This document shows, piece by piece, positions 17,212 to 26,532 of a stretch of DNA of 64,000 nucleotides (the stretch's first letter is position 1; each line of letters begins with the position of its first letter). The notes below the pieces were generated by a model that was not told the origin of the DNA, ran no database searches, and worked only from the letters and a program-made list of their open reading frames with translations. Source of the stretch: a virus. Its lineage: Duplodnaviria; Caudoviricetes. Location of the stretch: positions 160,001-224,000 of the IMG/VR virus record IMGVR_UViG_3300005326_000040. One strand, given 5' to 3'. The translations under genes and the position numbers were made by a program.

Positions 17212-17236
17212 CAATACCCGATGTCTCGTGTATCGT
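17208..17236 (+). promoter_or_regulatory. sigma70-type promoter
   Basis: TTGACA-17 nt-TATCGT with TG extension. Confidence 0.6.
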
Positions 17237-17403
17237 GGCTTCACGATGGACGTTTGGTCATCCTACTATATGCGTCTATGTGCTAGAATGTGTGCGTCAA
17301 AATCTAGGTTTGAAAGGAGATTTTAGAATCATATTATTCGCCATATTAATTAACCATAATTAACTTGAACATTTAATAAAGTGGGGGAAGAGGATCCGCT
17401 AAC

Positions 17404-18897
17404 ATGACAACTCTGCCGACTATGAATATCCAAAAGCCTAATTGGAAACCCACCAAGATGAAGGATTACGTAGCCTGCGCTTTGGCTATCGCTGATAATC
17501 GTCCTTTGAATGGTAAAGATATCCTTGCTGTGGTAAAGGGGTTGGGCTTTAATGGCAATGCCAAAGCGTACCAAATTGTTCAGTCCGCAATTCGTCTTGA
17601 CGCTCCTGAGTTGAAGGCCGTATTTGAAACAGCTGGGGTGGGACCTAATAGGACCGTACGTCTTCGTGATGATTTCTTTCGCAAGTATGGAAAGCTTTTG
17701 ATCGAGCGGGCGGTAGCAAGCATGAGTAACAAGCCGCTTCCAAAGAAGCCAAGTGAACAAATTGCATTGAAGTTCCCTGTAGATCAAGCTAAGCCCGAAG
17801 TGATTGAGCCGAAAAAAACCAGGGTGAATTCAGAACCTATTGGGAAAAGAATTGATAAGTCGGGGCATGTATATACGCGCCCTAGTGATGACGAGCTTGT
17901 TCAGAAGCTTGTAACAGTGCTTGATGTTCCGCCTACAATCGCGATGTGGGCGAAGAACAACTATCGCTTGCGTGATGATATTCTTGCCAAGAAGGTCAGG
18001 GTACATTCAGTTGCCGAAAGACTTATCAAAGTAGCACAAGAAGAAAAGGACAAGGGCAACAACGTACCTTTCAATTGGCTTAAAGATTTCGAGAAGTGGA
18101 CTCCTAGCAAGGGCCATTCGCTTAACGAGATCGGCCGCAGAAATCGATTCCAGCTTTTGTTGGACATGGTTGTTCCTCGCGCGCAATTGAAAATCGTTAC
18201 AGGAAAAGCCAAGTTCACAGCACCGAAGCGCAATGTTAAGTTGACGCTTGCTGTTCCTGAAGGTCACAAGATTGCGCCGACCGTTGCGGAAACGGCTGTT
18301 GTTGTTGCGGCTCGGGTACCGCAAACGCCAGAAATTGCAACGGTGATTCCAACTGTTGAGAAACAGACTACGCGAATGGCTGCTCCTCCCGCGCTTGACG
18401 TGACCAAGCCGAGCAATATCTGGATGCTATCTGATCGCGAAGCTTTCCGTAGCGTGAGCCGTGCTGCGCCTCCAGTAATTTCTTCGTTCGTGTACTGCGC
18501 CATTCGTGACGAGCCTCATGCTATTCTTGTCAACAAAGATAAGATTGACGCAATTTGCCGAAAGTTCGTATCTTTCATCGAGGCAACAGATCGAGAACAG
18601 TTCATCACTTACTGGCTTCCTCAGGTAAAGCTGTTCCCGGCCAAGGTTAGCAACAACAAATACGAAGAACTGTACAATACATTGATCACGTTTGCTCGTG
18701 GGCACTATAAGATTCCATCCAATTCAGCAACGGCATCAGCCGCTTTCGTTCAAGCAATCAATTCTATCCAGGAATTGAGCAAGTTCAAGGATGGCGTTTC
18801 TGTAACGCTTGCAGTAGTCAGTGACAAGACGGTTATTCCTGTGATGACCGGCACCGTACAGGATTCAAAGTTCGTCCAGACCAAGGCGAAGAAGTAA
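17404..18897 (+). CDS. large basic hypothetical protein (possible DNA-binding)
   Basis: 497-aa ORF, Lys/Arg-rich. Confidence 0.85.
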   Translation: MTTLPTMNIQKPNWKPTKMKDYVACALAIADNRPLNGKDILAVVKGLGFNGNAKAYQIVQSAIRLDAPELKAVFETAGVGPNRTVRLRDDFFRKYGKLLIERAVASMSNKPLPKKPSEQIALKFPVDQAKPEVIEPKKTRVNSEPIGKRIDKSGHVYTRPSDDELVQKLVTVLDVPPTIAMWAKNNYRLRDDILAKKVRVHSVAERLIKVAQEEKDKGNNVPFNWLKDFEKWTPSKGHSLNEIGRRNRFQLLLDMVVPRAQLKIVTGKAKFTAPKRNVKLTLAVPEGHKIAPTVAETAVVVAARVPQTPEIATVIPTVEKQTTRMAAPPALDVTKPSNIWMLSDREAFRSVSRAAPPVISSFVYCAIRDEPHAILVNKDKIDAICRKFVSFIEATDREQFITYWLPQVKLFPAKVSNNKYEELYNTLITFARGHYKIPSNSATASAAFVQAINSIQELSKFKDGVSVTLAVVSDKTVIPVMTGTVQDSKFVQTKAKK

Positions 18898-18978
18898 TAC
18901 TTCTACTCCTGCGTTCCCTCCCCGTCTGACGCTTCCTTAGCTTATCCTCTTTATTTCACAACCAACTCAACTCATATC

Positions 18979-19344
18979 ATGTCTAAATCAAAGGGAAGAA
19001 GTTCTCTTCAGAAAAGGTGTTTAAAGATAAAGATCGCCAAGGGTCGCACACAAGTTCGCTGCTGTTTTTGTCGTAAACCCATTCCAATTGACAATGCCAC
19101 GTTGGAGCATGTTCTACCTCTCGCTTTCGGTGGCTCATGGAATGAACGCAACCTGACACTATCTTGCAGAGAATGTAATGCGGACAGAGGCGTAGCTGAT
19201 TTTGAATTGTATCGGGCATGGCGTAGAGGCTATACTTTTCAGCGCCCGCCAACAACATTGGAAGACTTATCGAATGAATTTGGTATTGAACGTTTAGAAC
19301 CGCACAATCAGGATAAAGCACAAAATGGCAACTACATCTTCTGA
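18979..19344 (+). CDS. HNH endonuclease
   Basis: CCFC...TLEHVLPLAFGG...NLTLSCRECN. Confidence 0.9.
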   Translation: MSKSKGRSSLQKRCLKIKIAKGRTQVRCCFCRKPIPIDNATLEHVLPLAFGGSWNERNLTLSCRECNADRGVADFELYRAWRRGYTFQRPPTTLEDLSNEFGIERLEPHNQDKAQNGNYIF

Positions 19345-19837
19345 TACCAACACCACTTCTACGGCCCCCAAGAAGAACCGTCGTGTCGTTACGCCGAAGG
19401 CTCAGCAGCAAGTATCTGCCGCTCCTGCTCCTCAGCTTGATGCTGTTGTGGAAGCGTTGAAGGGGCTTGATAAGGATGCTTTACAGAAGGTATTCTCATC
19501 CTTGGGTGCTCAGGCTCCTGCTGCTTCCAAGCCTGCCGTATCCACCGACCTTCATGGACCGGCAATTTATGTTGGCTACCAGCCTGTTTCGACTGAAGAG
19601 ATTGCGTCTTCTCCCGATGGCTCCATGCGATTGATGAAGGAATCATGGAAGTATACTCCTCGTGATGCCAAGGAAGTGGATGGCAAGAAGGAAGAAAAGG
19701 TTTCGGTCAAGATGTCTGTGAGAGGAGTATTCCGAAAACAGGATAACAAATTGTATTTTGCGCAGCCGATGGCAAATATTCACTTGGACCAGTGGGCCAA
19801 GTTTGTTGAATTGATTACGGCGTTCAAGGCCCAATAG
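19325..19837 (+). CDS. putative PC4/YdbC-like ssDNA-binding protein
   Basis: C-terminal SVRGVFRKQDNKLYF..MANIHLDQWAKFVELI resembles PC4 D-I-R...G-I-S-L...Q-W pattern. Confidence 0.45.
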   Translation: MATTSSDTNTTSTAPKKNRRVVTPKAQQQVSAAPAPQLDAVVEALKGLDKDALQKVFSSLGAQAPAASKPAVSTDLHGPAIYVGYQPVSTEEIASSPDGSMRLMKESWKYTPRDAKEVDGKKEEKVSVKMSVRGVFRKQDNKLYFAQPMANIHLDQWAKFVELITAFKAQ

Positions 19838-19861
19838 CATTTAGACCCAAATCAAATCGAG

Positions 19862-19895
19862 GGCGGTTTGGAATAATCCAAGCCGCCTTCTTTTT
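19862..19895 (+). terminator. Rho-independent terminator
   Basis: GGCGGTTTGGA/TCCAAGCCGCC stem plus T-run. Confidence 0.85.
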
Positions 19896-19921
19896 GACAA
19901 TTCAAAATCCTCATGTATAGT
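19894..19921 (+). promoter_or_regulatory. sigma70-type promoter
   Basis: TTGACA-16 nt-TATAGT with TG extension. Confidence 0.75.
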
Positions 19922-19956
19922 ACATCCGTCAACACTCGACGCTTGAGGATTTAATT

Positions 19957-20532
19957 ATGGCGAAAAAGATCATAGTAAAACGTCTTTATGTGCGTTCATA
20001 TTATTATGACGGCTTCAAGGTTTCATTTCGAAGCGGTAATGTATGCGGTTTACTATGTGAGCCAAAGACTTTAGAACCAAGCATTGAAGGTTATGATAAA
20101 GTAGAATTAGTAATTTACAAGCTAAACGATAAAACTGGCGTTTATGAATCATCTCTTTTAGGAGATGTTATCAACGACCCAGAGATCGATAGGAAACATA
20201 CTTATAGATCAAGTTTTGATAATCACAAGGTTCTCCCATACGTTAATCAGGACCTTCTTCGTGAATTGGGGGGAATTGTGAGAAGCAAATTCAAACAAAC
20301 GCAAGAGTCAACGGATGAAACAATAGATGTTCCTGAAACTGTAGAGGACAGATGTTACAACGCTCGATGTAGGGCTTGTAATGACGTGGACCCATACGGA
20401 TTTATTGAACCCGATGGCGTCGTAGATGATGGGAATTATACTTGCTGGGAGTGTTCTCGACATCCATTCAGATGGTCGAGAGGTTTAAAAACAGAGGAAC
20501 ATCGAACGGCTTTTTCAAAGAAATACAAATAG
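19957..20532 (+). CDS. hypothetical protein with C-terminal Cys cluster
   Basis: GAGG RBS; CRAC...CWEC. Confidence 0.75.
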   Translation: MAKKIIVKRLYVRSYYYDGFKVSFRSGNVCGLLCEPKTLEPSIEGYDKVELVIYKLNDKTGVYESSLLGDVINDPEIDRKHTYRSSFDNHKVLPYVNQDLLRELGGIVRSKFKQTQESTDETIDVPETVEDRCYNARCRACNDVDPYGFIEPDGVVDDGNYTCWECSRHPFRWSRGLKTEEHRTAFSKKYK

Positions 20533-20551
20533 CTTATTCTTCTAAGGTTAC

Positions 20552-21184
20552 TTATTCGAGAGCATCTTCATCAGAAGAGTCAACAAGACCGTCAGTTAGA
20601 TGAGGATAATCTTTTTGCCATTTTGCTTTTAGTTCTTTTGCGCGAGCTAAATCATAATAAGGGCCGCGATTTTTCCCAATGCTATGACGCCCAGTTAGTC
20701 TATTTATCTCTGGCTCTTCATAATTTTGTAATGGATTTTTTCTGAATTCATTCATCTGCATGATTTCAGATAAAGTTGGAACATTTAGTTTTTCACAAAT
20801 CCAATCAACAACCATTTTAGAAATATAAGACTGTACATTTTCGCCGGTTAATGCTTTGTGTACGGATTCAAGTTGATCGGAGTCTAAACCAATTACGTCT
20901 AAGAATCTTAGAAGTTCATCAGGAGATTCGCTGTCTTCTGGTAGATCCTCTAAAATGTAATGAAAACTATCTTCTTCAGCATTGGCTCGCTCCCAGATTT
21001 TATCATAAATTTCTTCAACATAATTCTTGGGTTCATCACCAGCTTGTTCATCAACTTCTAGAGGTACATCAGCAGGCACATCAATAATATCGTCAGCAGC
21101 TTCGGCGCCTTCAAATAAAGAATCTTTTTCTTCGGCAAATTTCTTAAACATCTTCGCCGCTGTAACTAAAGCTTTAGTATCCAT
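20552..21184 (-). CDS. acidic hypothetical protein (N-terminal KKFA motif)
   Basis: 210-aa minus-strand ORF filling an otherwise empty gap. Confidence 0.75.
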   Translation of the reverse strand: MDTKALVTAAKMFKKFAEEKDSLFEGAEAADDIIDVPADVPLEVDEQAGDEPKNYVEEIYDKIWERANAEEDSFHYILEDLPEDSESPDELLRFLDVIGLDSDQLESVHKALTGENVQSYISKMVVDWICEKLNVPTLSEIMQMNEFRKNPLQNYEEPEINRLTGRHSIGKNRGPYYDLARAKELKAKWQKDYPHLTDGLVDSSDEDALE

Positions 21185-21235
21185 AATATCAATGTTTCAA
21201 TATTCCTTGGTTAGTAAGTTCTATTTGAAATAGAT

Positions 21236-21445
21236 TTGCTGGCGGGGGAAGAAACTTATAGAGGGAATATGATCGACCTAGCTTATATTGAAAGCAGGTG
21301 CAAAACACTTCATTTAAAATTGCCAGCTTTGGCACAATTGAAAGCAGCACAGCTAAAAAACGACAAGGAAAGCGTAGAAAGGATAGCAAAGAATATCCTC
21401 AGCTTCTTATCTGAAAGAAGTAGCAAACCTGGAAATACTAGATAA
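21236..21445 (+). CDS. hypothetical protein (start probably ATG 21269)
   Basis: GAGGG RBS before MIDLAY. Confidence 0.55.
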   Translation: MLAGEETYRGNMIDLAYIESRCKTLHLKLPALAQLKAAQLKNDKESVERIAKNILSFLSERSSKPGNTR

Positions 21446-21466
21446 TATATCTTATGTTGCCGTTAC

Positions 21467-21494
21467 TTGACAGCTTCAAAAATTTTGATATCAT
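21467..21494 (+). promoter_or_regulatory. sigma70-type promoter
   Basis: TTGACA-16 nt-TATCAT. Confidence 0.7.
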
Positions 21495-21505
21495 AAGAGG
21501 GATAT

Positions 21506-21712
21506 ATGTCTGACCAGGAAATCTGCGTTGAAAACAAATCTGACGAAGTTGCTATTGCTGAAAGGCTCCGCGTAAAGATGGGGCCATTCGTGTGCTTCTG
21601 GTATGGGGGGAACCTTACAGTTGCTACGGATCTAAATACGACTGACAACCTAGTAGTTTTTCCCAAATCATCCGCACGCATTATTGTGAAGACATCAAGA
21701 CGACACAAATAG
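21506..21712 (+). CDS. hypothetical protein
   Basis: GAGGGG RBS, 68 aa. Confidence 0.65.
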   Translation: MSDQEICVENKSDEVAIAERLRVKMGPFVCFWYGGNLTVATDLNTTDNLVVFPKSSARIIVKTSRRHK

Positions 21713-21744
21713 ATTATACACGATCTTTTCAGTAAGCGGGAAAA

Positions 21745-21963
21745 GTGGAAAACATGGTTGAAAGCGTAAAAAATAATTTGCTTGAAAAGGAAATCGACCC
21801 GCAGGACGCAGAATTTTTGCGTAAGATTATCTTAAAATTGTACAACAACAGGAAAAAACTAGATGCGAGCCAGAGACTTACAGCGGTTAATCTTGTTCTC
21901 AAGCTAGCCATCACACGAGACGCCGCTCAACTCGTTATCCCTCCCATGGATAATCTCGAATAG
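21745..21963 (+). CDS. hypothetical protein
   Basis: 72-aa ORF followed by terminator. Confidence 0.65.
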   Translation: MENMVESVKNNLLEKEIDPQDAEFLRKIILKLYNNRKKLDASQRLTAVNLVLKLAITRDAAQLVIPPMDNLE

Positions 21964-21993
21964 TTTTCATTCCCAACAAACGAACCGTAAGAG

Positions 21994-22030
21994 GCGGGGC
22001 GGTCACCAGACTGCCCCGCTTTCTTTTTCT
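21994..22030 (+). terminator. Rho-independent terminator
   Basis: GCGGGGCGG/CTGCCCCGC stem plus T-run. Confidence 0.85.
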
Positions 22031-22457
22031 AATACACATAGGACGCGCTTTCAATTCAAAGACGACCCAACGGTTATGATTGAATTGTTTGTCACTCAAA
22101 AAGAATTGAATGTAGGTGTATGTCTTACCTATAAAATGGGTGAATTATTTTAATTGAAGAGAGCTAGGAAGTGGAGATATATAAAACTCCGAGCGTAGCG
22201 AGGAGTTTAATTTAATTTAAATTTAAGTATCTGGTTAAAGATCTACTACGTAGATCTTTAACGCGAAAAATTTCGCAACATAAAAAATTTTCCACGTTCG
22301 GGTGCAGAATAATTATCACAAAAATAGAAAACATAAACACTTTTGGAAGCAATATTTGACGGTGTTCGTTTCCTCTATTTTTACCCTCAAAAAAGCTCAG
22401 CACACATTTGCACACAGCTGAACAGATTTCAACTCACATTATGCAATTTGAGTGTTC
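22031..22457. other. AT-rich non-coding region with palindromes (replication-origin candidate)
   Basis: No convincing ORF; 12-bp inverted repeat TTAAAGATCTAC/GTAGATCTTTAA (22235-22261), GCGAAA/TTTCGC, AT-only run ~22206-22226. Confidence 0.35.
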
Positions 22458-22486
22458 TTGACAGAACGAAAACCCCATGGTAGAGG
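22458..22486 (+). promoter_or_regulatory. sigma70-type promoter
   Basis: TTGACA-17 nt-TAGAGG. Confidence 0.5.
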
Positions 22487-22495
22487 GGGTGAGCG

Positions 22496-22650
22496 GCTCA
22501 GGTAACCGTTCGACACAACCGGGAAATTTGATACCTGAGTGAACGAATTGAAGCGAGTGTCCAACTTGGACAACCGCTGAACCAATTCTCACTGGAAATC
22601 AAAGGAAGGAAAGTTCGTTCAATCGTTGTTTTTGCCTCTTTATCTTGAGG
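22496..22650 (+). ncRNA. putative structured 5' leader / small RNA
   Basis: Stems CTCAGGTA/TACCTGAG; nested GAATTG..AGCG..TGTCC/GGACA..CGCT..CAATTC; competing TGAACGAA/TTCGTTCA; GCCTC/GAGGC. Confidence 0.45.
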
Positions 22651-22669
22651 CTGGTACACCGCAAGAACG

Positions 22670-23341
22670 ATGAAACGTGACACATATCTTTCTATAGACC
22701 TTGACTATTGGTGCGATGATGCGGGCAGTTCACGTATCAATTCTTTCTTCGATCAGCTATTAAATGAAACGAAGGTACAAAAACTGTATCTTGTTTCCTC
22801 ACATGAGATGCTGTTGTCTCACATTGACTCATGTGATTGTGTGGACTTGATAAATGTTGATTTCCATTCTGACCTAGCTGATGACGCTAAATGTGCTGAG
22901 TATATAAGACCATTGAAGTTAAATGAAGGCACATGGGTAAACTTTGTAAAATGGAAGAATCGAAAGCAATTCAATTGGTATCATCCTCATCCTAACAAGT
23001 TCTCGTTGGATTTTGGATATTGTCACGCTACAATAAATCCGTTCTTGGATAATAAATTAGCTAATACTGGATGGAAAAAAGTAGTAAAGACTAAAGGTCA
23101 TCTTAAAGACGGTATACCCTGGAACAAAGTAGCCGCAGTTGGAATAGCTATTAGCTATCCATGGTTATTAAGAGGCGCGCAGAGACATCCTTTTGAAACT
23201 GTTTACTCTAGCGTTCTGCCATCATTGCTCGGCATCAAGGATATCAGGAAAGCTGAGACATTTGCGAAGCAAGTGAAAGTGAGGAGGGAGATAGATCTTG
23301 GCTTGTTCGAAAAGAGATGGAACGAGCTAGCTTCTCGATAG
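22670..23341 (+). CDS. putative metallohydrolase, arginase/deacetylase-like (UPF0489-like)
   Basis: LSIDLDYW, SSHE, INVDFHSDL, NEGTWV metal-ligand-like motifs. Confidence 0.45.
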   Translation: MKRDTYLSIDLDYWCDDAGSSRINSFFDQLLNETKVQKLYLVSSHEMLLSHIDSCDCVDLINVDFHSDLADDAKCAEYIRPLKLNEGTWVNFVKWKNRKQFNWYHPHPNKFSLDFGYCHATINPFLDNKLANTGWKKVVKTKGHLKDGIPWNKVAAVGIAISYPWLLRGAQRHPFETVYSSVLPSLLGIKDIRKAETFAKQVKVRREIDLGLFEKRWNELASR

Positions 23342-23396
23342 AAGCCTAGAGAGTGTGACAGAGGGGTCTGTAGTGGGGGAAGAGGGGTAGGCGACG

Positions 23397-24359
23397 ATGC
23401 AGGCAGGCGTTGTTACACAAACCAACCATGATGACAAGGTGGGGGAAACGACCTTGTATTCAATGGACAGTTACGGCAAGACGGTTCTGACTATCAGAAA
23501 GTACACGCCAGACGCAGATATTAATATCGACGAAGACCCTCCATACCTCATGTCTATTGCCTACATGGCAGGCACGAGAGGTACCGTTTTTCTTCTGACG
23601 GATAACGGCTACGTCGTAGGTAAGTCCTACGAGTGGTCTCCGAAAAAGAAGGAATATATTCTCAAACGTCAAACTTCCAAATTGGATTCTGTGGATTGGA
23701 TTTTTGACAAATTTGAAGCCGACTTTTATACTTCTCCTCAGCTTCAGTCGCTTGACTTCGACCTGTACTCGCACGGGGCGTCTATCTCGAAAAGCATTGC
23801 TGGTGCTCCCGCTTGTATGGGCGAAGAGGAAGACGACAAAGAAGAAAGCGATGATGAAGAAGAAGATGAAGATGAGGTAAACGAAGAACTTAATAAGTTC
23901 TCAAAACAAAGGGACAAGCTTTCCTATATTGACAAGTTGAATCAACAGCTAGGGAAGCGTAAAGACAGTATCGAATACGTTCTTTGTGTCCTCACGCACT
24001 GGAAAGAGTTTGTGTGCGAGTGTTGTGAAAGGCGTCACGGCTTGATGAAAGACCGGCTGAAGATGCTGAAACGCCATGAGGATGACAAGCTGTTGTCGTT
24101 GATTGATGACCCTCGTAGTGACGAGGATAAAATCAATGATGCTGTAGATGAACTGGAACAATTCCAAAAGAAAGCTGCGCAAGGCTGCGCTTGTACTTCT
24201 ACGGAAGTTCTCTACATGAATTCACGCTTGCCGAAAATTCAAGCCGTTCTTTCTCGGCAGGGTACGGTGGCGGATAAGATCGAAGAGATGCTTAGCCGTG
24301 TGGATGATGAATTGGAAAATGAAGAAGTTGATTTGGGCTTTTCAGAATTAGAGGGTTAG
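23397..24359 (+). CDS. acidic hypothetical protein
   Basis: 320-aa ORF with poly-acidic linker. Confidence 0.8.
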   Translation: MQAGVVTQTNHDDKVGETTLYSMDSYGKTVLTIRKYTPDADINIDEDPPYLMSIAYMAGTRGTVFLLTDNGYVVGKSYEWSPKKKEYILKRQTSKLDSVDWIFDKFEADFYTSPQLQSLDFDLYSHGASISKSIAGAPACMGEEEDDKEESDDEEEDEDEVNEELNKFSKQRDKLSYIDKLNQQLGKRKDSIEYVLCVLTHWKEFVCECCERRHGLMKDRLKMLKRHEDDKLLSLIDDPRSDEDKINDAVDELEQFQKKAAQGCACTSTEVLYMNSRLPKIQAVLSRQGTVADKIEEMLSRVDDELENEEVDLGFSELEG

Positions 24360-24366
24360 ACTACAA

Positions 24367-24621
24367 ATGGGAAAAAAGATTAAGCGAGATAGGATTGAAG
24401 TGATTGGCGAGGTAGTTGAGTCTTTTCGCTCAGCCAGATTTTTGGTGAAGCTCAACGCAAACAGTGCTGAGACGGTAGTAAGTTGTACTCTGTGCGGAAA
24501 GATGAAGGAAAACTATATTAAGATTGTTCCTGGGGATACTGTCGTAGTTGAGCTTTGCCCATACGACATGACCAGCGGACGTATTATTTCCAGAGGAAAG
24601 CAGCGTATGGCAGCAGAGTAA
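24367..24621 (+). CDS. infA: translation initiation factor IF-1
   Basis: IEVIGEVVE...F.V.L...C.L.GKMK.NYIKIVPGD.V.VEL.PYD.T.GRI..R. Confidence 0.93.
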   Translation: MGKKIKRDRIEVIGEVVESFRSARFLVKLNANSAETVVSCTLCGKMKENYIKIVPGDTVVVELCPYDMTSGRIISRGKQRMAAE

Positions 24622-24625
24622 GTAA

Positions 24626-25084
24626 ATGTCAAGATGGCTAATTGTTCTGTTGATTTTTATAGCCATTCTAATACCGGCGATTGACTCTGACGCAGTAGTT
24701 CCGCGTTCTAATCCGAATCTATCTGGCTCCTGGGAGACTCCACAGGGGCTTGATGTGAAGCTAACCCATTCTCCCACAACTAAAGAAACGTCCGTGCGTT
24801 GGGTTTATGCTTCCAAAGCAACAGGAATCGTATACTTACATGGGGCGGGGTTGACAACTTTTGATCGAAGTGGTAATTTTAAAATTGAAACTTCGATAGA
24901 AGATTTTTATTTGTTTATGGGTGGATGGCTGTGCCGTACATCCGGCAATACATTTAATGCGCAAGGTAAAGTGTCGAAAAGATTTTTGCAAATGAAGAAA
25001 TGTATGCTATCATTCAAGTACAAGTGTGGTTCATCATGGGTGGAAAACACTGTACCGATTGATTGCACTGGACAATGGGAATGA
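24626..25084 (+). CDS. secreted hypothetical protein
   Basis: Signal-peptide-like N-terminus; four Cys in beta-rich domain. Confidence 0.7.
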   Translation: MSRWLIVLLIFIAILIPAIDSDAVVPRSNPNLSGSWETPQGLDVKLTHSPTTKETSVRWVYASKATGIVYLHGAGLTTFDRSGNFKIETSIEDFYLFMGGWLCRTSGNTFNAQGKVSKRFLQMKKCMLSFKYKCGSSWVENTVPIDCTGQWE

Positions 25085-25087
25085 ATC

Positions 25088-25870
25088 ATGCGCGACGACG
25101 ATGACGATTTTTCAGATCTTACTCCGGTCGAATTTGCTATCAACGGAAAGGAGTGGACAACGCCAGAAATGATGGCGTTGGGGCATACCAGAGTTCAGGT
25201 CATTGCTCTATTTGAAAAGCTTCACTCGCTTGGTTTTGGAGTTTATACGCCGGGAGGGCGAGGGCCGGGCAATTCGTCTAGGTTCAAACCAAACGAGAAG
25301 TGTCCGCCGAAGTATACAATTCTATTTCGTAAGGTTGGCACACGAAAAAAGACAGATGATTCCAGCAAAGTTGTAACGTTGGCTGCGCCTGCATCAAAGG
25401 TACCAACACCTGTACCTCAGAAGCCGGTGAATTTTTCACCAAAGGTAGCAGCAGCAGAAACAGAAGAGCCCGATTCTGCTGCTCCAGGCGCTTTCAATCC
25501 TGAATATGTAGGTACGTCTTTCGGCCTTGTAAAAGACTGGTTGCGTGGGTTGACAGGCCGCGTCATTGTTAAAGATCGTTTTGCTGCCACCCTAGGTTAT
25601 GAATGTGTTGTATACGGCGATGAGATTCTAGCCGTGGTACGCATCCGTGGTGGTGGTAGTGATAGTATTGAAGACGCCTTGAACGTTGTTTGGAGCCGCG
25701 TAAAGGACAGGGTAGGGGTCAAGCACACTACCAAGGCGGGCATGACCGTAAAGGACGCGGTCATTTCAAGATTGAAGGGTAATGGATATTACGTCCTGGA
25801 TAGGATAAAGGAATTCAGTCGTACTGATAAACCAAAAGAACCAATTCAGGATGACGACGAAGAGCAATAG
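25088..25870 (+). CDS. winged-helix-like paralog family member A
   Basis: TRVQVIALFEKLHSLGFGVYTPGGRGPGNSSRF; C-terminal GGGSDSIEDALNVV shared with 29813. Confidence 0.7.
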   Translation: MRDDDDDFSDLTPVEFAINGKEWTTPEMMALGHTRVQVIALFEKLHSLGFGVYTPGGRGPGNSSRFKPNEKCPPKYTILFRKVGTRKKTDDSSKVVTLAAPASKVPTPVPQKPVNFSPKVAAAETEEPDSAAPGAFNPEYVGTSFGLVKDWLRGLTGRVIVKDRFAATLGYECVVYGDEILAVVRIRGGGSDSIEDALNVVWSRVKDRVGVKHTTKAGMTVKDAVISRLKGNGYYVLDRIKEFSRTDKPKEPIQDDDEEQ

Positions 25871-25892
25871 ATTCCCAAAACGAAACGATGAT

Positions 25893-25926
25893 GGCCCGAA
25901 ACTAACACCTTCGGGCCGTTTCCTTT
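25893..25926 (+). terminator. Rho-independent terminator
   Basis: GGCCCGAA/TTCGGGCC stem, T-rich tail. Confidence 0.7.
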
Positions 25927-25947
25927 AAGGTTCTTATGGAGTTTTAA

Positions 25948-26238
25948 ATGCGTTCTGTATGGTGTCCAGCAGATTCGGAACCATATGTAGCCGATTGTTT
26001 ATTCCCAGAATTTAGTTTCCGGGTCAGATCATTTTTAAAGATTAGCGATACTGCGCATATATTATGTTCAACCAAATCGGTATTTGCTCCGTATCGCGTT
26101 GTGCTTCCAGCAAGTAGATTTGATGTAAATTATTATGCGCCTTTTAAACCTTTTGTGATAGTTGCGCACCCTCAGTGGGAGGATCTGTCGTGCGAGGATA
26201 ATGTGAAAATTTTCAAAATACTTAATAGGGAGTACTAA
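25948..26238 (+). CDS. DUF3846-like paralog 3
   Basis: MRSVWCPADSEPYVAD...DLSCEDNVKIF. Confidence 0.6.
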   Translation: MRSVWCPADSEPYVADCLFPEFSFRVRSFLKISDTAHILCSTKSVFAPYRVVLPASRFDVNYYAPFKPFVIVAHPQWEDLSCEDNVKIFKILNREY

Positions 26239-26532
26239 ATGCGCGTTTTGGTTTTTCCTGTAGATGCGGAGCCTTATGTAAAAGACTTTTATGATGACAA
26301 CTTTTCTGGGCAAGCCCAATTGATTGTTGGGCAAAAGCAAAGATGTCTGTTTAGGGCGCCTGGATTTCATCCATATCGCGTTATAACAGGGAATTCAAAT
26401 GTAAACATCGTAAGACCTTTTATTGTAATTTCTGAATTTGCATGGAGTAATTTGTGTTGTGACGATATTACACGCATTTTAAATTTGGTAAAGCAAATGG
26501 AAGATAAAGGGAAAAATAAAAATGAGCATTAA
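26239..26532 (+). CDS. DUF3846-like paralog 4
   Basis: MRVLVFPVDAEPYVKD...NLCCDDITRIL. Confidence 0.65.
   Translation: MRVLVFPVDAEPYVKDFYDDNFSGQAQLIVGQKQRCLFRAPGFHPYRVITGNSNVNIVRPFIVISEFAWSNLCCDDITRILNLVKQMEDKGKNKNEH

Noticed and set aside
23361-23390. G-quadruplex
   Set aside because: Only three G-runs of three or more; better explained as RBS or promoter sequence
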